The notes under the pieces: model-generated
Databases searched by the model: none
Told to the model about the DNA's origin: nothing
What the model saw: only the letters and a program-made list of their open reading frames with translations
Program-made: the position numbers and the translations under genes
In this document: positions 29,101-37,500 of the stretch, one piece after another
Position numbering within the stretch: position 1 is the first letter of the stretch
Layout: each line of letters starts with the position of its first letter
IMG/VR virus record: IMGVR_UViG_3300035199_001057
Span: 1-64,000 of that record
Length of the DNA stretch: 64,000 nucleotides
DNA from: a virus
Reading direction: 5' to 3' (one strand)

Positions 29101-30384
29101 CGAGATTATAGCCGATCCGGTGTTTCGTGAATATAGGGTAGAATAGCCTGTCCATGCGCCATTTGAAATGCGTCCGGAAAAGTCCAAGACAGATGAGTCG
29201 ACAGAGGCTGTTTGAGTGATGCCCTCGTTAAATTTATAATAAACGCCCAAATCCGTGTTCGCGGGATCGCTATTAGTCCCGGCGCCCACTTGGCCGAACC
29301 AATAGCGTTGTATTTTTTCGGAGGTGCGGAAGGTTTTCCAATAACGAAATTCGTCGAGGGAGCCCGATAGTTTAGCATACCCCCGATCAGGACCGTCGAT
29401 ATATACGTTACCGGAGGGAGATTGGCCGAGGGCGCCCAATGTGGCCACCAAAGCCCCGCTAACATAAGAAACGGCTGTGCCGCCGATGACGCGATGGTTA
29501 TGATCGCCGTCAATAAAGAGATCGCTTACAACATTGCTCCCGGTGTTCTTAAAACGAAACGCGTAATGATGCCACGCGTCGTCGGCGACCGTTGCGGCTG
29601 TGATTGAACTGCCGATGCTAGTCTGCGCGAACCCGGTGGTTCCGGACATATAAGTAACCAAGAAGGGGCTTCCGCTTGCCGCGCCTGTCATTTCAATTCG
29701 TAAACGCGCATAGTCCGCGGAACTGCTGAGAGTGCCCGTGACAAATACGTCTAAAATGACTTCTTTTTCCGTGGCGCTGTTGTCAAACGCGGCTTTTTTC
29801 AGCCAAAATTCTACAGTGTTGCCGTCGGTGCCTCCGATCTTAAGATTGTTCTCTCTATTTTTAGAGAGATCGTAAATATTAGCATCTTTTCGGAAGACGG
29901 TTTTGTCTTGTTGATAGTCATAATATAAAGATTTGCCTGTGCCCGGGTTCGGGCCGCCTTTAATCAAGATGTATTCATAGGAAGAAGTGCCCGCTGCACC
30001 ATATCCATTATACATATCTGTAGCAGTCAGGCTGGAAGTGGTCAGCGTGATATATCCGGTTGTACGCGGATAGCCGTTCTCAAAAATATAGAGGTCCAGG
30101 TAAGAAGAGCTTAACTCCCAAAGTGCTTTTTCTTTCAGGGATCCATCATAAGGATAGGTGTCATAAATGCGACTAATAGAGTCTTCATAATATTTTTCGG
30201 CGGATCCGAAACGAGCGAATGCTTTAGGATTTGCGAACTCTTCCAAGGGTAGAAAACGATGGTTACGTTCGCGCACGGCCGCCATAAAATCAAAAGATTC
30301 TATTTGATTATCTATATCTTGTTTTGTAAGAGGCTCTGGACTTTTTAAGTTCTCGTCCTCTTTAAATAAATCTTTTAGCGACAT
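20110..30384 (-). CDS. Giant baseplate wedge/tail protein (gp7/gpI-like motif) with LamG/ConA-like domains
   Basis: 3424 aa; LamG motifs TVEFW..WHHYAF..LFIDG..GSLDEFRYW and FTFSAWVK..WTHLAF..YVNG..GGIDEVSYWN; KSKGTEKAFRNLL resembles the P2 gpI KGT motif; follows gp25 and gp6/J genes. Confidence 0.7.
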   Translation of the reverse strand: MSLKDLFKEDENLKSPEPLTKQDIDNQIESFDFMAAVRERNHRFLPLEEFANPKAFARFGSAEKYYEDSISRIYDTYPYDGSLKEKALWELSSSYLDLYIFENGYPRTTGYITLTTSSLTATDMYNGYGAAGTSSYEYILIKGGPNPGTGKSLYYDYQQDKTVFRKDANIYDLSKNRENNLKIGGTDGNTVEFWLKKAAFDNSATEKEVILDVFVTGTLSSSADYARLRIEMTGAASGSPFLVTYMSGTTGFAQTSIGSSITAATVADDAWHHYAFRFKNTGSNVVSDLFIDGDHNHRVIGGTAVSYVSGALVATLGALGQSPSGNVYIDGPDRGYAKLSGSLDEFRYWKTFRTSEKIQRYWFGQVGAGTNSDPANTDLGVYYKFNEGITQTASVDSSVLDFSGRISNGAWTGYSTLYSRNTGSAIISSSASPMEFEDPIIYSFQPNVAAFKTQKKLEGRIHDDTNGNGLDSYLPQWMLQANETDFENLDQNQLLNALQIIGSYFDSAAILMDKLPALKHEKYYTSGSFAPPFNKRFLESKGFIVPDIFINAGLLNQFEDRDDHLKYEHTLQEIKNTIYQNIYNNLTYINKSKGTEKAFRNLLRCFGLGDNVLKFNVYANNTAYQLEDNTKQTIKTKSYVNFNEIDNGDASVYQYRTDSNATSYISGTKDYSGGYEGSGLGFTLEGDFILPNRVGIMEYATLKPGLSSSYSNLYPLIVSSSLFGLHTANGTENDLTWDTNDYANFQVYTAKDDKYSSNAKFILTSTAGSGIPLLTSSYFEDIYDDDRWSVSVSIRPKRYPQLNQPSGSRPENYIVQFYGCNYIGDLKHKSFLVTGSMTTQQGRNFLASHKRVYAGAHRTNFTGALLQFADTKATEVKAWYMPLDTAVIDQHNMKVDNYGASSPTQNAFLYQNAINRIEIPEIDTLALRWNFNAVSSSNAVGQFAVEDASSGSAAAAGQGWFSGVVDRRHTASGSFFATSSANAVQKLERGTLQQQVPEVLLDSNLVNIIENQSDDFYTRGSRPITYNLSIEKNLFQDISEDMLNMFASVGYFNTLLGTNVNRYRGQYKELIKAGNQYFEKVDNDYDFDKYVEYFKYIDYAVSRYIQKLVPASLDMLREGLSTVIENFVLGDRNKFRNKPPIIREMIPEFNAQVLGINELTYNWKYGHAPLDDLQKNNCRWWLQRASRKTSVLASGDTQLDIDKQEILESNNNETNAPDYTLKDSVTSAQYSGSTYAIRRLAKPYKVLSTLEKPIKGGSNYYPNKNYNFLLDAVRKGDTDSDGIVASIRGYENAVPYANLPAGLHPFPDCADSLELEKLGAKKRQWEGMIERDNQTGLDFSIWGYEDKVKIRQWTPFSLYSSSVDLGGVDSTLINNFQTGAIVTNLHDDVYGHDKEVPMQGPFTEKFVGGLQYRHIALNSGSNLDTAETRPEGWSITYLHTGPGTTLLYLGAPYGNTLGSRPTALYYRDETAKRPVNIRNIQQTTASNITHIGNYTKDYEVVLTNGRSTNNVYLTEVGAITASSAETLISGVFDYALPDRTRNDWVIVNRFSAPGGPEVNGLGFLDIEANEYSVYNALPWRNLTVRQPLRSLLSDHSKQFGYFSDAFNSASYVRAGKAYPGTSGSVNTGSYYAKGAYQDATASFQKVNRNSLRTLNLSDSTETFVNPKYVDFESGSAQYLSGAASPTIIGNAKAFTFSAWVKPESLDTGTGPVMSIASQGDYTSALNKSFEVNCSATNQSIVNFAVFSNGGADLGGGGGYISYNTPASTLAVDTWTHLAFTFDEATQKFNTYVNGVTGSRTLVIHDTVTIKQSTAPLLLGARDEGGTLDDYFDGGIDEVSYWNIALNAAGIREIFEGDSGVYGAGYGPGNLNNHTEKEYLVSWWRLGDGCKESDPTFCDDLSAGVTDGVLDVGLNGNKNHLSVPLAPHNPAESSLNYLTGGAYYLITPGAKEYDNFFVQHPIPRTDLQYAWITASLVSDYSGSALYQYEQRNMARADYASTDITFCSASDFVSYDFLGGHWWGQDKNTRAPGGFAPSAQGFTDFVGLNYNIYETASLSQNSIGWGEIRRGDTGGMGLDCASSAWYNYMGQSLCTNGVGAVAANVQFSVASLLNGVILHRQGPYGWPSWKQIRGAQHPIARAQQAHNTIGYIFPGEAIGFGGGQPGKFLKKIRNFTEPIATSKYKPLRIYMPSSDTEDHVAKTVMTYGNQNVMFTDHSADILNTNGVILDTALVYGKVRPKTYSPYLAMKALVEKSNRKLATEVLYTEVIYPKEQFTYLSESRRRLRFANDYWRNSRSDRLKANLVNFADVAIKSSSLWNMDAHPEFTTTINYIPFSATMPVRDGTGELQNCYNLFHYSPLSSPSSHITAAPSYVRRIPLITAYALTASNLTYGLLPGYTNAVAFSGASEEIRLKTVGGAATTYSPFDVGNYGLRKMPLPVRYSASVGDTLWEVTSSTGKDITPFYDSYNDYAEEGTRIMQEGTILPEFRISEKMASYYSAAADKNWVLTFPTKDNFKTDTATVSAAQYALRIQDGLLELTGASYNHLTETDKFLNRYAFSDFYRHFKLIKKDYNDNRPVTQTVEQLVEKKARSRTPLLSLGCEALMKLVPYDGFYPAQRSVQLASLFSASYYNSKALSSTGAAGPMAGGQQSWRTAMQPFYAPGIFYNTIKSGIAVDYPIHSPSAIEPLRGWPASSDVWGHSISGSFTQRVNFEQIVNGPATLTIKDTDPFLDTRLNSTASIKQAQSPLYKFAANNFFSEVTNFFIDSGRPTGIYPAYTLPETVNIPVSGVYVMDIVLRNSTNIVDMKSYCEATASLLAPSASSLFVNSSSFIMYSRANTGHSIDSHLYGSSFGPPVRSGYVIFEASSGAGAYVYRNIASFEPYTPPYYDGYASCRMSIGLEAQSGLLIEDVLNNLTMSYSSLPTFTPLSSSQTTLWDGTAQTNAMQVSASLNFGQAPKDAGSEGGNWIFTNENNPADRRLVIHSKFECPVLDFSTTAPTEPFSNSRLGSAAGLSGSVARGMWHQMGTPPVSGNGLWMEVQDPSHWLQTERPEGSPHFNNANEYKSLSFILGFTKGVQNPKKIGVMPKSRTLSEAIVAIPFKVVGDLNAAITETELYRMSPSAVDAAKNSVEPFGNAGPDSKYSSATTGPIFKDKVVFQSPSFSEYEYTDLIKDYWREIPPEAPEGVDPAIYKLLSLMRKYVIPPHLDFLHNSDIDPFTMYMWEFETSLDEEDLRNMWQNTAPKIAKRAIKATSDVITHVLPTTPGQAHVPSPLGPNPGTGGWLDLDALKDAQDKKDDLDAYFGPHPYFLDVFDEDKTRWAVFKVKKRGRNNYANIAGRQEINGIQFLREGVEFPHDFAYSYNWPHDFFSLVELAKITSTVTFNPQTLNPAGLMAQILDSDEVKKATMVSKIIGNLADLGSDEGD

Positions 30385-30387
30385 TTA

Positions 30388-32262
30388 TTACTCTACTCTA
30401 AATCTAAATTGCGGTGTTTGTTCCACATAGTTCCCATTAACCTTATAAACAAAATTAAGGGCATAAATCTCATCGGTCTGTAACATTGACATATCGAAAT
30501 CAAAGTAGCTACCGCTGTTATCATAAGATAATTTAGTCTGATTCTGGCTACCAGTTCCATAGGCTACAATATTGTAATTGTCTGAGATTCTCGTTATTTT
30601 ATAGTATACATTTTCCACAATATCGTTCGGGGTATCCACACTCGCCTTTACATAAATGTTCGGCTGCCAATTCTTCTTGCGTGTATAGAGTCTAAAGCGC
30701 GCCGTTTCTTCAGTGCTGTATGAATCCCTCAAATTAGTAATATTGGAAACATAAGTTTGATTGGGGTTATACCCGGACGCATTAAATGTTTTTACGGTAA
30801 TTGCGGATCCCGTGTGATATTGAACCATTTCAGCGGCTGTGCTGCTTGTGTGCCACACATCATAAATGGTTGTGATGCTGGAAGAAGCATAGGCAAAGGA
30901 GGCCGAATATATCCCCGTTTCAACAAAAGAGGCCGTTATATTAATATCCCCGGTGGCTGTGACTCCGCCGCCGATGGGGAGAAAGAGCTTGTCGCCAGTT
31001 GGCGCGGCTGATGACGTGATCCCTGCGGTGGTTCCGCTATAAATACTCACGAAAACGTTACCAGTACCTACCGCAGGAATATTGGTAAGCTGACCTTTAA
31101 CCACATTATACAAATAAAGCTTCATCAAGTTATCGGAAGCTGGTACAAGGGAAGAACTTAGATAAAAATTTCCCCTATCGTCCAACTTGCTGTTGTCCCA
31201 GCGAGCTTCGACGATGGGCCTTTTGAAAAAGAACTGCGATCCTCGCGCAAAGAACATTTTAGTGTAATAAGATACGGTGGCGCCCTCTTCGCTGCTCGTC
31301 AAAAAGACTCCTAAACCATAATTGCTTTTGAGGCCCATGTCCGTGTCAGTAGGCAAATTATCGCTCGAACTCAGCCATTGCTCCATCAGAGGTGATATAT
31401 CAATCTCCAGGTCTTCAAAGCCGGTGGTGAAAGTTTGTTGAAAAGAAGACGAAGGGGTATAATCATAGTCGCCCCCTTCGGTAGTCCAGGCCGTGTAATC
31501 CGAACCAGCCGTTGTTGTGGTTAGAGATATGACTTCTACATTGCCGGTGGGGGCAGTAACTGCTCCCGCGGTGGCGTTTTGTATACCTGCGTCAGCGGAG
31601 TCGACGGTGGAAGTAAATTGGCTTTGATCATCTACAACAGTTTTAAAAGTATCAGCGTAATGTGCAGCAGTTGTGAGGCCGCCGGCGGATATATCAACTT
31701 CAATCTCTGTACCGTCGATAGTGGGGGCAGAATCGTCCCCGTCGTTGAACCAAAAGTTATACCTATTGTCGCTGGCATCATATAAGCTTATGTATTTCCC
31801 CCCATAGTCTCCTTTCGTATTTGAAAGAAAGGAAGCGGTGGCGACTTGCGCAATTTTTGTATCAGTGCGGTACAGCCAATTAGACTCGTCAATGTCAGAA
31901 TAGTTTTCCATATCCAGGCCGACGCCTTCTTGCCAATCGGCGGTAAGAGCCGAAGCAGTTAATATAAAATTGGCCGGTGTTGGCTGGGAATGGGCCGCAT
32001 TAAACATTCGCAGATAAAAAGAGACGCTTCCACTGGCAGGTATTGTTCCTGCGGTTCGGTCCGTGGCGATAGTGTCCGTTGGAAACCGCACAAGAATGCG
32101 GCAGTTCTCGGAGGAGTCCGAAGATGCCTGGCCATATATGTGGAATACTTCCAATATATCTGATTGGCCCATGTTGCCGGATACGCCGCGCGTGGTGAGG
32201 TTTGCTTTGTAAGCATTCGTAATAGTGTTGTCTCTATCCGCTGTGTATCTTTTAATCGCCAT
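30388..32262 (-). CDS. Baseplate-associated protein with DNRLRE-like N-terminal domain
   Basis: ADRDNTI..NMG.SDILEV..RILVRF..LRMFN..WQEG pattern; TAATG coupling to the baseplate J gene. Confidence 0.55.
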   Translation of the reverse strand: MAIKRYTADRDNTITNAYKANLTTRGVSGNMGQSDILEVFHIYGQASSDSSENCRILVRFPTDTIATDRTAGTIPASGSVSFYLRMFNAAHSQPTPANFILTASALTADWQEGVGLDMENYSDIDESNWLYRTDTKIAQVATASFLSNTKGDYGGKYISLYDASDNRYNFWFNDGDDSAPTIDGTEIEVDISAGGLTTAAHYADTFKTVVDDQSQFTSTVDSADAGIQNATAGAVTAPTGNVEVISLTTTTAGSDYTAWTTEGGDYDYTPSSSFQQTFTTGFEDLEIDISPLMEQWLSSSDNLPTDTDMGLKSNYGLGVFLTSSEEGATVSYYTKMFFARGSQFFFKRPIVEARWDNSKLDDRGNFYLSSSLVPASDNLMKLYLYNVVKGQLTNIPAVGTGNVFVSIYSGTTAGITSSAAPTGDKLFLPIGGGVTATGDINITASFVETGIYSASFAYASSSITTIYDVWHTSSTAAEMVQYHTGSAITVKTFNASGYNPNQTYVSNITNLRDSYSTEETARFRLYTRKKNWQPNIYVKASVDTPNDIVENVYYKITRISDNYNIVAYGTGSQNQTKLSYDNSGSYFDFDMSMLQTDEIYALNFVYKVNGNYVEQTPQFRFRVE

Positions 32263-34052
32263 TACAATATTTCTCCGTCAATATCTGTAAGGGGGTACTT
32301 AATTTCGAAAATGACATCCTTGGGGGGGATGAGTTGTCGGCCATCATTGGAAATCAATGTCTGGTAGTCTAGATCAAATGCCGAATACTCCACTCCTGTT
32401 ACCGGTACAACGGTCACGTCTTTGACGTCGAGCACAGAAGGGACATTATTTAAAAGCTTGTATACGTCAGTAATCTTGAACGGCTCCCCGATATCATACA
32501 TATTATTAAGATAGTAACTTGATAACCTGCTTAGGCATACTTCTAAAACATCCTGCTTGTTAACATTGGTATACGCAATGGCGGTAAAGAAGATCTGAAG
32601 ATTCTGTATCCGCGCATCCAAAATATCGATAGTATCTCCTAACATTTTATACTTACTAATCCAACTTTTTAAATTTTGTTTAATAGTGGTATTGGTTTGG
32701 GTGAAGAGTCCGAGTTCATCAGTAGATATAACATGAAGATTTAAGTTTTTCCCATTGAAAGAATCCGTATCTCGCGAAATAACCGCTTTTCTTACTTGCC
32801 CGAAATTAGCGGGCATGTTATAAACCAAATTAATATAGTCATCGCGTGTAACTGCTCTATTTTGAGCGCCATAGGCCCCATAGGATCTCATTTTTATTTC
32901 TTCATTAGTCAGGTCGACGACATCCCCCGTAATAGCCTCCTCATTGACAACTTCGAGACTGTTCCGCACGGCCGACATTTGAGCGGAAGATAGAGTGTTC
33001 TCATTTAAAAATTTTATATTTACGGTGCCCACTCCGTTAATCGCTCCAGGGGCCGCATTAACTTGCGCAGCGCTATTTCTACGATATACCACCGTTAACA
33101 AGGTATCCGCGGGCGAAACACCCAGTTTATCAGTCTTAATGAGAACGGTAGGGTCAAAAGATTTGTCCGTAATATAGGATTTGCCGAATACGTCCAGAAT
33201 AACACTAGCCGGGTCTAAGACTCGCTGCTCATTGTTGCCAGTACCAGACCCAAATTGAAGGGTGGTCTTTTCGAACGTTTGGTCTACAACAAAGCGGCGC
33301 GGAACGGCAATAGGCTTAAGGATATTCTCCACGGTGCCCTGATTATTGGCCGTGTTGGTTACGGGGATATACACGGTGTCCTGTGTGAGATAGTCCACTT
33401 CATAATAATTGTTTCCGTTCGCATCAAAAACTGAAATAATTTCAGTTAGATTGGGATCGTTGATGTCTATCTGAAGAAAGCGCTCATAGGGCCCCACGTC
33501 AAACTGCTGGGTCATAAACTCGCCCGACATTACGAGGCCCCTGGCTTTGACTGCGTAGCGGGCAGGACTTGTTCCGTCCGCGTTGGCGGTGGCCACTACC
33601 ACATCGTTCGACTCCGCAAAATTTACATCCCCAATCAACGTAAACGTTCTATTGTCGGTGGTGAGCACGGTGGATCCGCGCTTTAGTATAGGGGCGTAAC
33701 TCACATCTGGGGCGGGGGCGTCTGTTTTGCTCGGAACTGAGATGAAAAAGCTGGCTTCGCCGTGAGAGGCGGCATTGGGGCGGAACTTATATCCCAAGTT
33801 TTTCGACAGCTTAATGACATTTTCCGTCTCCAGCGCTGTGGTCAAAAAGGACTCGTTCGCCTGATAATCGAGATAAAAGGAAAGAATGTCCCCCACATAT
33901 GCCACCATGTCAACCATCAGAGATCCAAAGGACGCTTCATTAAAATCTCTATATGCTTCAGGATAGTACTTCTGAGCGTAATTGAGTAATTCTTCTTTAA
34001 TAGTCGCGTAATCGCGCGCTGTGTAGTTGATGAGGGGTTTTTTAATGTTCAT
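32262..34052 (-). CDS. Baseplate wedge subunit (T4 gp6 / P2 gpJ-like)
   Basis: NYTARDY..IK..L; AYVGDILSFYLDYQANESFLTTA..LGY; QNRAVTRDDY. Confidence 0.88.
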   Translation of the reverse strand: MNIKKPLINYTARDYATIKEELLNYAQKYYPEAYRDFNEASFGSLMVDMVAYVGDILSFYLDYQANESFLTTALETENVIKLSKNLGYKFRPNAASHGEASFFISVPSKTDAPAPDVSYAPILKRGSTVLTTDNRTFTLIGDVNFAESNDVVVATANADGTSPARYAVKARGLVMSGEFMTQQFDVGPYERFLQIDINDPNLTEIISVFDANGNNYYEVDYLTQDTVYIPVTNTANNQGTVENILKPIAVPRRFVVDQTFEKTTLQFGSGTGNNEQRVLDPASVILDVFGKSYITDKSFDPTVLIKTDKLGVSPADTLLTVVYRRNSAAQVNAAPGAINGVGTVNIKFLNENTLSSAQMSAVRNSLEVVNEEAITGDVVDLTNEEIKMRSYGAYGAQNRAVTRDDYINLVYNMPANFGQVRKAVISRDTDSFNGKNLNLHVISTDELGLFTQTNTTIKQNLKSWISKYKMLGDTIDILDARIQNLQIFFTAIAYTNVNKQDVLEVCLSRLSSYYLNNMYDIGEPFKITDVYKLLNNVPSVLDVKDVTVVPVTGVEYSAFDLDYQTLISNDGRQLIPPKDVIFEIKYPLTDIDGEIL

Positions 34053-34067
34053 TGTCTTTAAGGCTTC

Positions 34068-34472
34068 CTATATAAACTGTACTTTTAATACTTCCAGAAG
34101 ATCCGAGAAATTAAATGTCGGCACCGAATAAAATATTTTTATATCTAGGCGGTTGTGGCGATCAGATTCGGCGTATAGTGGGCTGTTACGTGTAAACTCA
34201 ATGTCGTTGATCGTTACAAAAGGCATCCACTGTGCCACTTGCTCTTCAACTCTGTATGTAATGTCCGCCTCAATTGTATCGTACTGGTTGCTAAACAAAT
34301 AGTCTCGGAGTCCTGCTCCAAACTCCGGAAGCATCACTCTTTCGCCAGGAGAGGTGAGTAACAAATTCTTTAAATTCTGTTTAGTATTCGCAGCAACGGT
34401 TTTGGTTAAGGCATAATAGCCATCCTCTTCGCTTTTCTGTAATGGTATTATAGGAGAAAATCCAAAAGCCAC
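34068..34472 (-). CDS. Baseplate wedge gp25/GPW family protein
   Basis: NLLLTSPGERVMLPEFGAGLRDYLF; GTG start with GAGGTG SD. Confidence 0.92.
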   Translation of the reverse strand: MAFGFSPIIPLQKSEEDGYYALTKTVAANTKQNLKNLLLTSPGERVMLPEFGAGLRDYLFSNQYDTIEADITYRVEEQVAQWMPFVTINDIEFTRNSPLYAESDRHNRLDIKIFYSVPTFNFSDLLEVLKVQFI

Positions 34473-34493
34473 TTTTATTCACCTCTCGAAATA

Positions 34494-34501
34494 TAATTAG
34501 A
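34494..34501 (-). promoter_or_regulatory. Putative phage late promoter TCTAATTA
   Basis: Intergenic, just upstream of the SD of the gp25 gene. Confidence 0.55.
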
Positions 34502-34578
34502 TTTCTTACATAGAAATTGCTTCATTTGATTATCCTTTCTAAGTAATTGTTATATTACTCGTTTTAAGGGCCCATGGG

Positions 34579-37500
34579 TTACTCGGAGGGAGCGTCGCTA
34601 GGTGGTGTTTCAGTGGTCGCTGGGTCGCCGCTTGGTGCTTGATCAATAAGCGGACCATATTTAATAAAGGATCCCTGTTCGTCAACCTCATCGTTACAGA
34701 CAATGGGCTCTTCAATGGGCGTATCTGCCGCCGATGAAAAATTTGAAGTCCTTCCATGAAGCAACTTGGCTGCCACACCGATGGGGGTGAGTGGCCCGAT
34801 ACCAAAATTCCATGGCCATGGGGTTTTCCATGTCGGATCAACAGTACTGGCGAGTGCGCCCAAGAATGCTTTAAGGATTGTTATCCCTAGCGACCCAAAA
34901 TCAAAACCGCCCATGGGGGCGCCAGAGGGTCCGTTAACCGCATTGGCAGAAGATGTCCGCTGATAATCTCCTTGGGCGACAGCGATAGCTGTTAACAGCG
35001 TCTCTGCTGACATCGAAATGGTGCCATTGAAATTATTTTCCAATTGGGGGTAATATCTTTCTGCCAAAAGCTTATGAATAAGCGTAATCATGGTGCCCTG
35101 TTCTCTGATGAAAAAGCTTTGCATCAATTCTCGGAAGGCAGCTTGTGTTGGGGCATGCGGGTCCGATGCGGTTTTGGGCGTCGACTCTATGGTTTTTCCG
35201 ACATAGGAATGGGGTGGGATGGCCATGTTAGCAAATTTGGCCATTATCGTGTTAATATCTTTTTTGGGTTCTTGTTCGGGGACACCAGGCGGTGGCGGTG
35301 GTGGGAACAAGACGTCAACCAAGGCGGCGTAATCGGCGTAAACTAAGGCGTTTTGCTCGTAAGGGAAAGGGCGATCAGTCCCTAGCATATCGAGAAGTTC
35401 CCCTTGTTTTTGAGAATTCCCATAGGTGCCCACATAATCATTGCCCGTGTCATCAAATTTGTACCACCCGGACAGCGCGCCGGCGCTGGTGGCGGTGCCC
35501 GCCATTGAGCTACGAAAGGCTGCGTAAGTGATATCGACCCATTCAGGTGTCCCCTGAATATCGCCCTTTGTGCCCAACTTGTAAAGATCCTTGGCCTTTT
35601 CCACCTGTTGTAATTGCCACAAAAACATCTGTAAGATAAAGGTGTCGCGCCAGCCGCCGCTCTCTGCGCTTTCCGCAACCTCAAATCCGGGCTCCGCAAA
35701 GTCGTAGTTGGGGTTCCACGGAAAGCGGCCTGTGCCTGTCCACACCTTCTTGTTTTTGTAAGTCCCTATTACACTTTTATTGCTCGCTTCGCGCGCGATA
35801 AACTCCTCGCGTTGTTGGATCCACAGCTTGAGATCGGGGCTACCGTTTTCGCGAAAATCGTTTAGGATTCTCGTCGCGAGGGGTAGCTCGCCTTCCGTAT
35901 GACCATGAATGACCTTGTCGGCCACCTCTAAATTAAAAATGGTGGGCGCCAATGTGTTGCGGTACGCCTCATCGAAAGAAGCTCGTGCTTCGTCAGCATT
36001 TTTAAAGCACGCCATCCCAGACTGTTGCCAGTTGACATGATCGCCTGAGTAATTCTTGGTGGTGGCGTCGTTGTAATGGTCTCCAGGTACAAATTCATCA
36101 GTCTGAAAGGGGGATCCCATGGCATAATCGGCCCCAGGAAACCAGAATCCGCCGCCTTTTTTATTAGTTCCAGGTAACTTAAACAGAAACGGGTCGCCGG
36201 AGTCGTGCCACTGCGCCTTTTCAATAAGATTGGTGAAGTGGTCATACCAAAGGCGGTTAAAACCGCCGCGAAAACCTTTTTTGTCCGTTCCCCAATTATA
36301 GAAGGCCGGGGAACCTCCTGCGCCCCAATAATAAGGGCTTGCGTTATCTTTTAGCCAGTTCGCGCGCGTGCCCCATACCGCCACCGGCTGGCCTTTTTTG
36401 CCTTCGGAATCGGTGGGAGTGTACGTACCGACCCTGATCCTGTAGGTGAACAAGGAGTGTGTCTGGCCGGTGGCGCCGGCGGGAAACACTTCAGACTTGG
36501 TAATTGTATTCGCCGCCTCGATATAAGAAGTCTCATTAAACTGCGTAATGACTGGGGTTGTCCACCTCTTCACAGTGTTTCGAAACGCGCGGCCGCGGAG
36601 CCCCAACCCGTGCAAACCAGCAGCGTCTTCGTCCACATCATAAGCAAGGGCCGGCCACTCCCACGAGGAGTTTACCGCACTGTGCTCCGTATAAGCGTTC
36701 TTGAGAGCATCATATTCTTCCTTCTTTATAACGTCGGCGCCAAGCACCCCGACTCCTGGTTTGAAGAAGTCATCAAAAGTGTATAACCGGTTCTCCGCCA
36801 ACGTGCCAAGGTCGGTCACTCGATGATGAACCTTATACATTGATTCAAACCATGTTAAGGAATTCCATTCCGGGGCGGCTGAAAACTCAGATGAGTAAAT
36901 AGGTAGCCTTACGTAACGATGTGGAGACTCTGCCCCCTGGTCATCGAAAAAGTCGACTTTGCCTATTTTTTCTTTGAGCATCGTGTCCACCAGGCCCGGG
37001 GAGGCTGTTGGAACGTTCCCTATATCGCTGATACCATCGGATCCCAGTAGGCTCTCATCAAAGGCGTCTTGTATGCCCGGGCGATCCACTTCCGAAACAT
37101 ATTGTACGAGGCGCGCGCCAAAGTCCAAAGTGAGGATTTCATCGAGAGGCAGCGTAAAAAACCATCCCAAAAAAGTTTTACCTTTGTGGGTTATAGCCTC
37201 ATCGTTACCCGTCACCGCAAGACGCGCGTCCAGTTTTGTTCTCTCCTCAAGACTGAGGTTTTTATACCACCCGTGATTATTGGTGAGCCAAAAATCGCTG
37301 TTGCGGGTCCCGCCGCCTGGTAGCCATTTAAGAATCGACGTCATCATCGCATTCACGCCGCCGGCGGTGCCCATCGAATCGAGATAGGTTTCCCCTCGTG
37401 GCCAGGATTTCCAAAAAACGTCCGACGATAAATTAAAGTCTTTGTGATAATGTTCCTCATATTGCCACCATTCTGGCTCAAGATCCGCGATAGTGTCGAT

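Noticed and set aside
34475-34525. 16-codon mini-ORF MKQFLCKKSNYISRGE with an AAGGA SD upstream of gp25
   Set aside because: Too short to support, and it overlaps the putative late promoter and the gp25 SD
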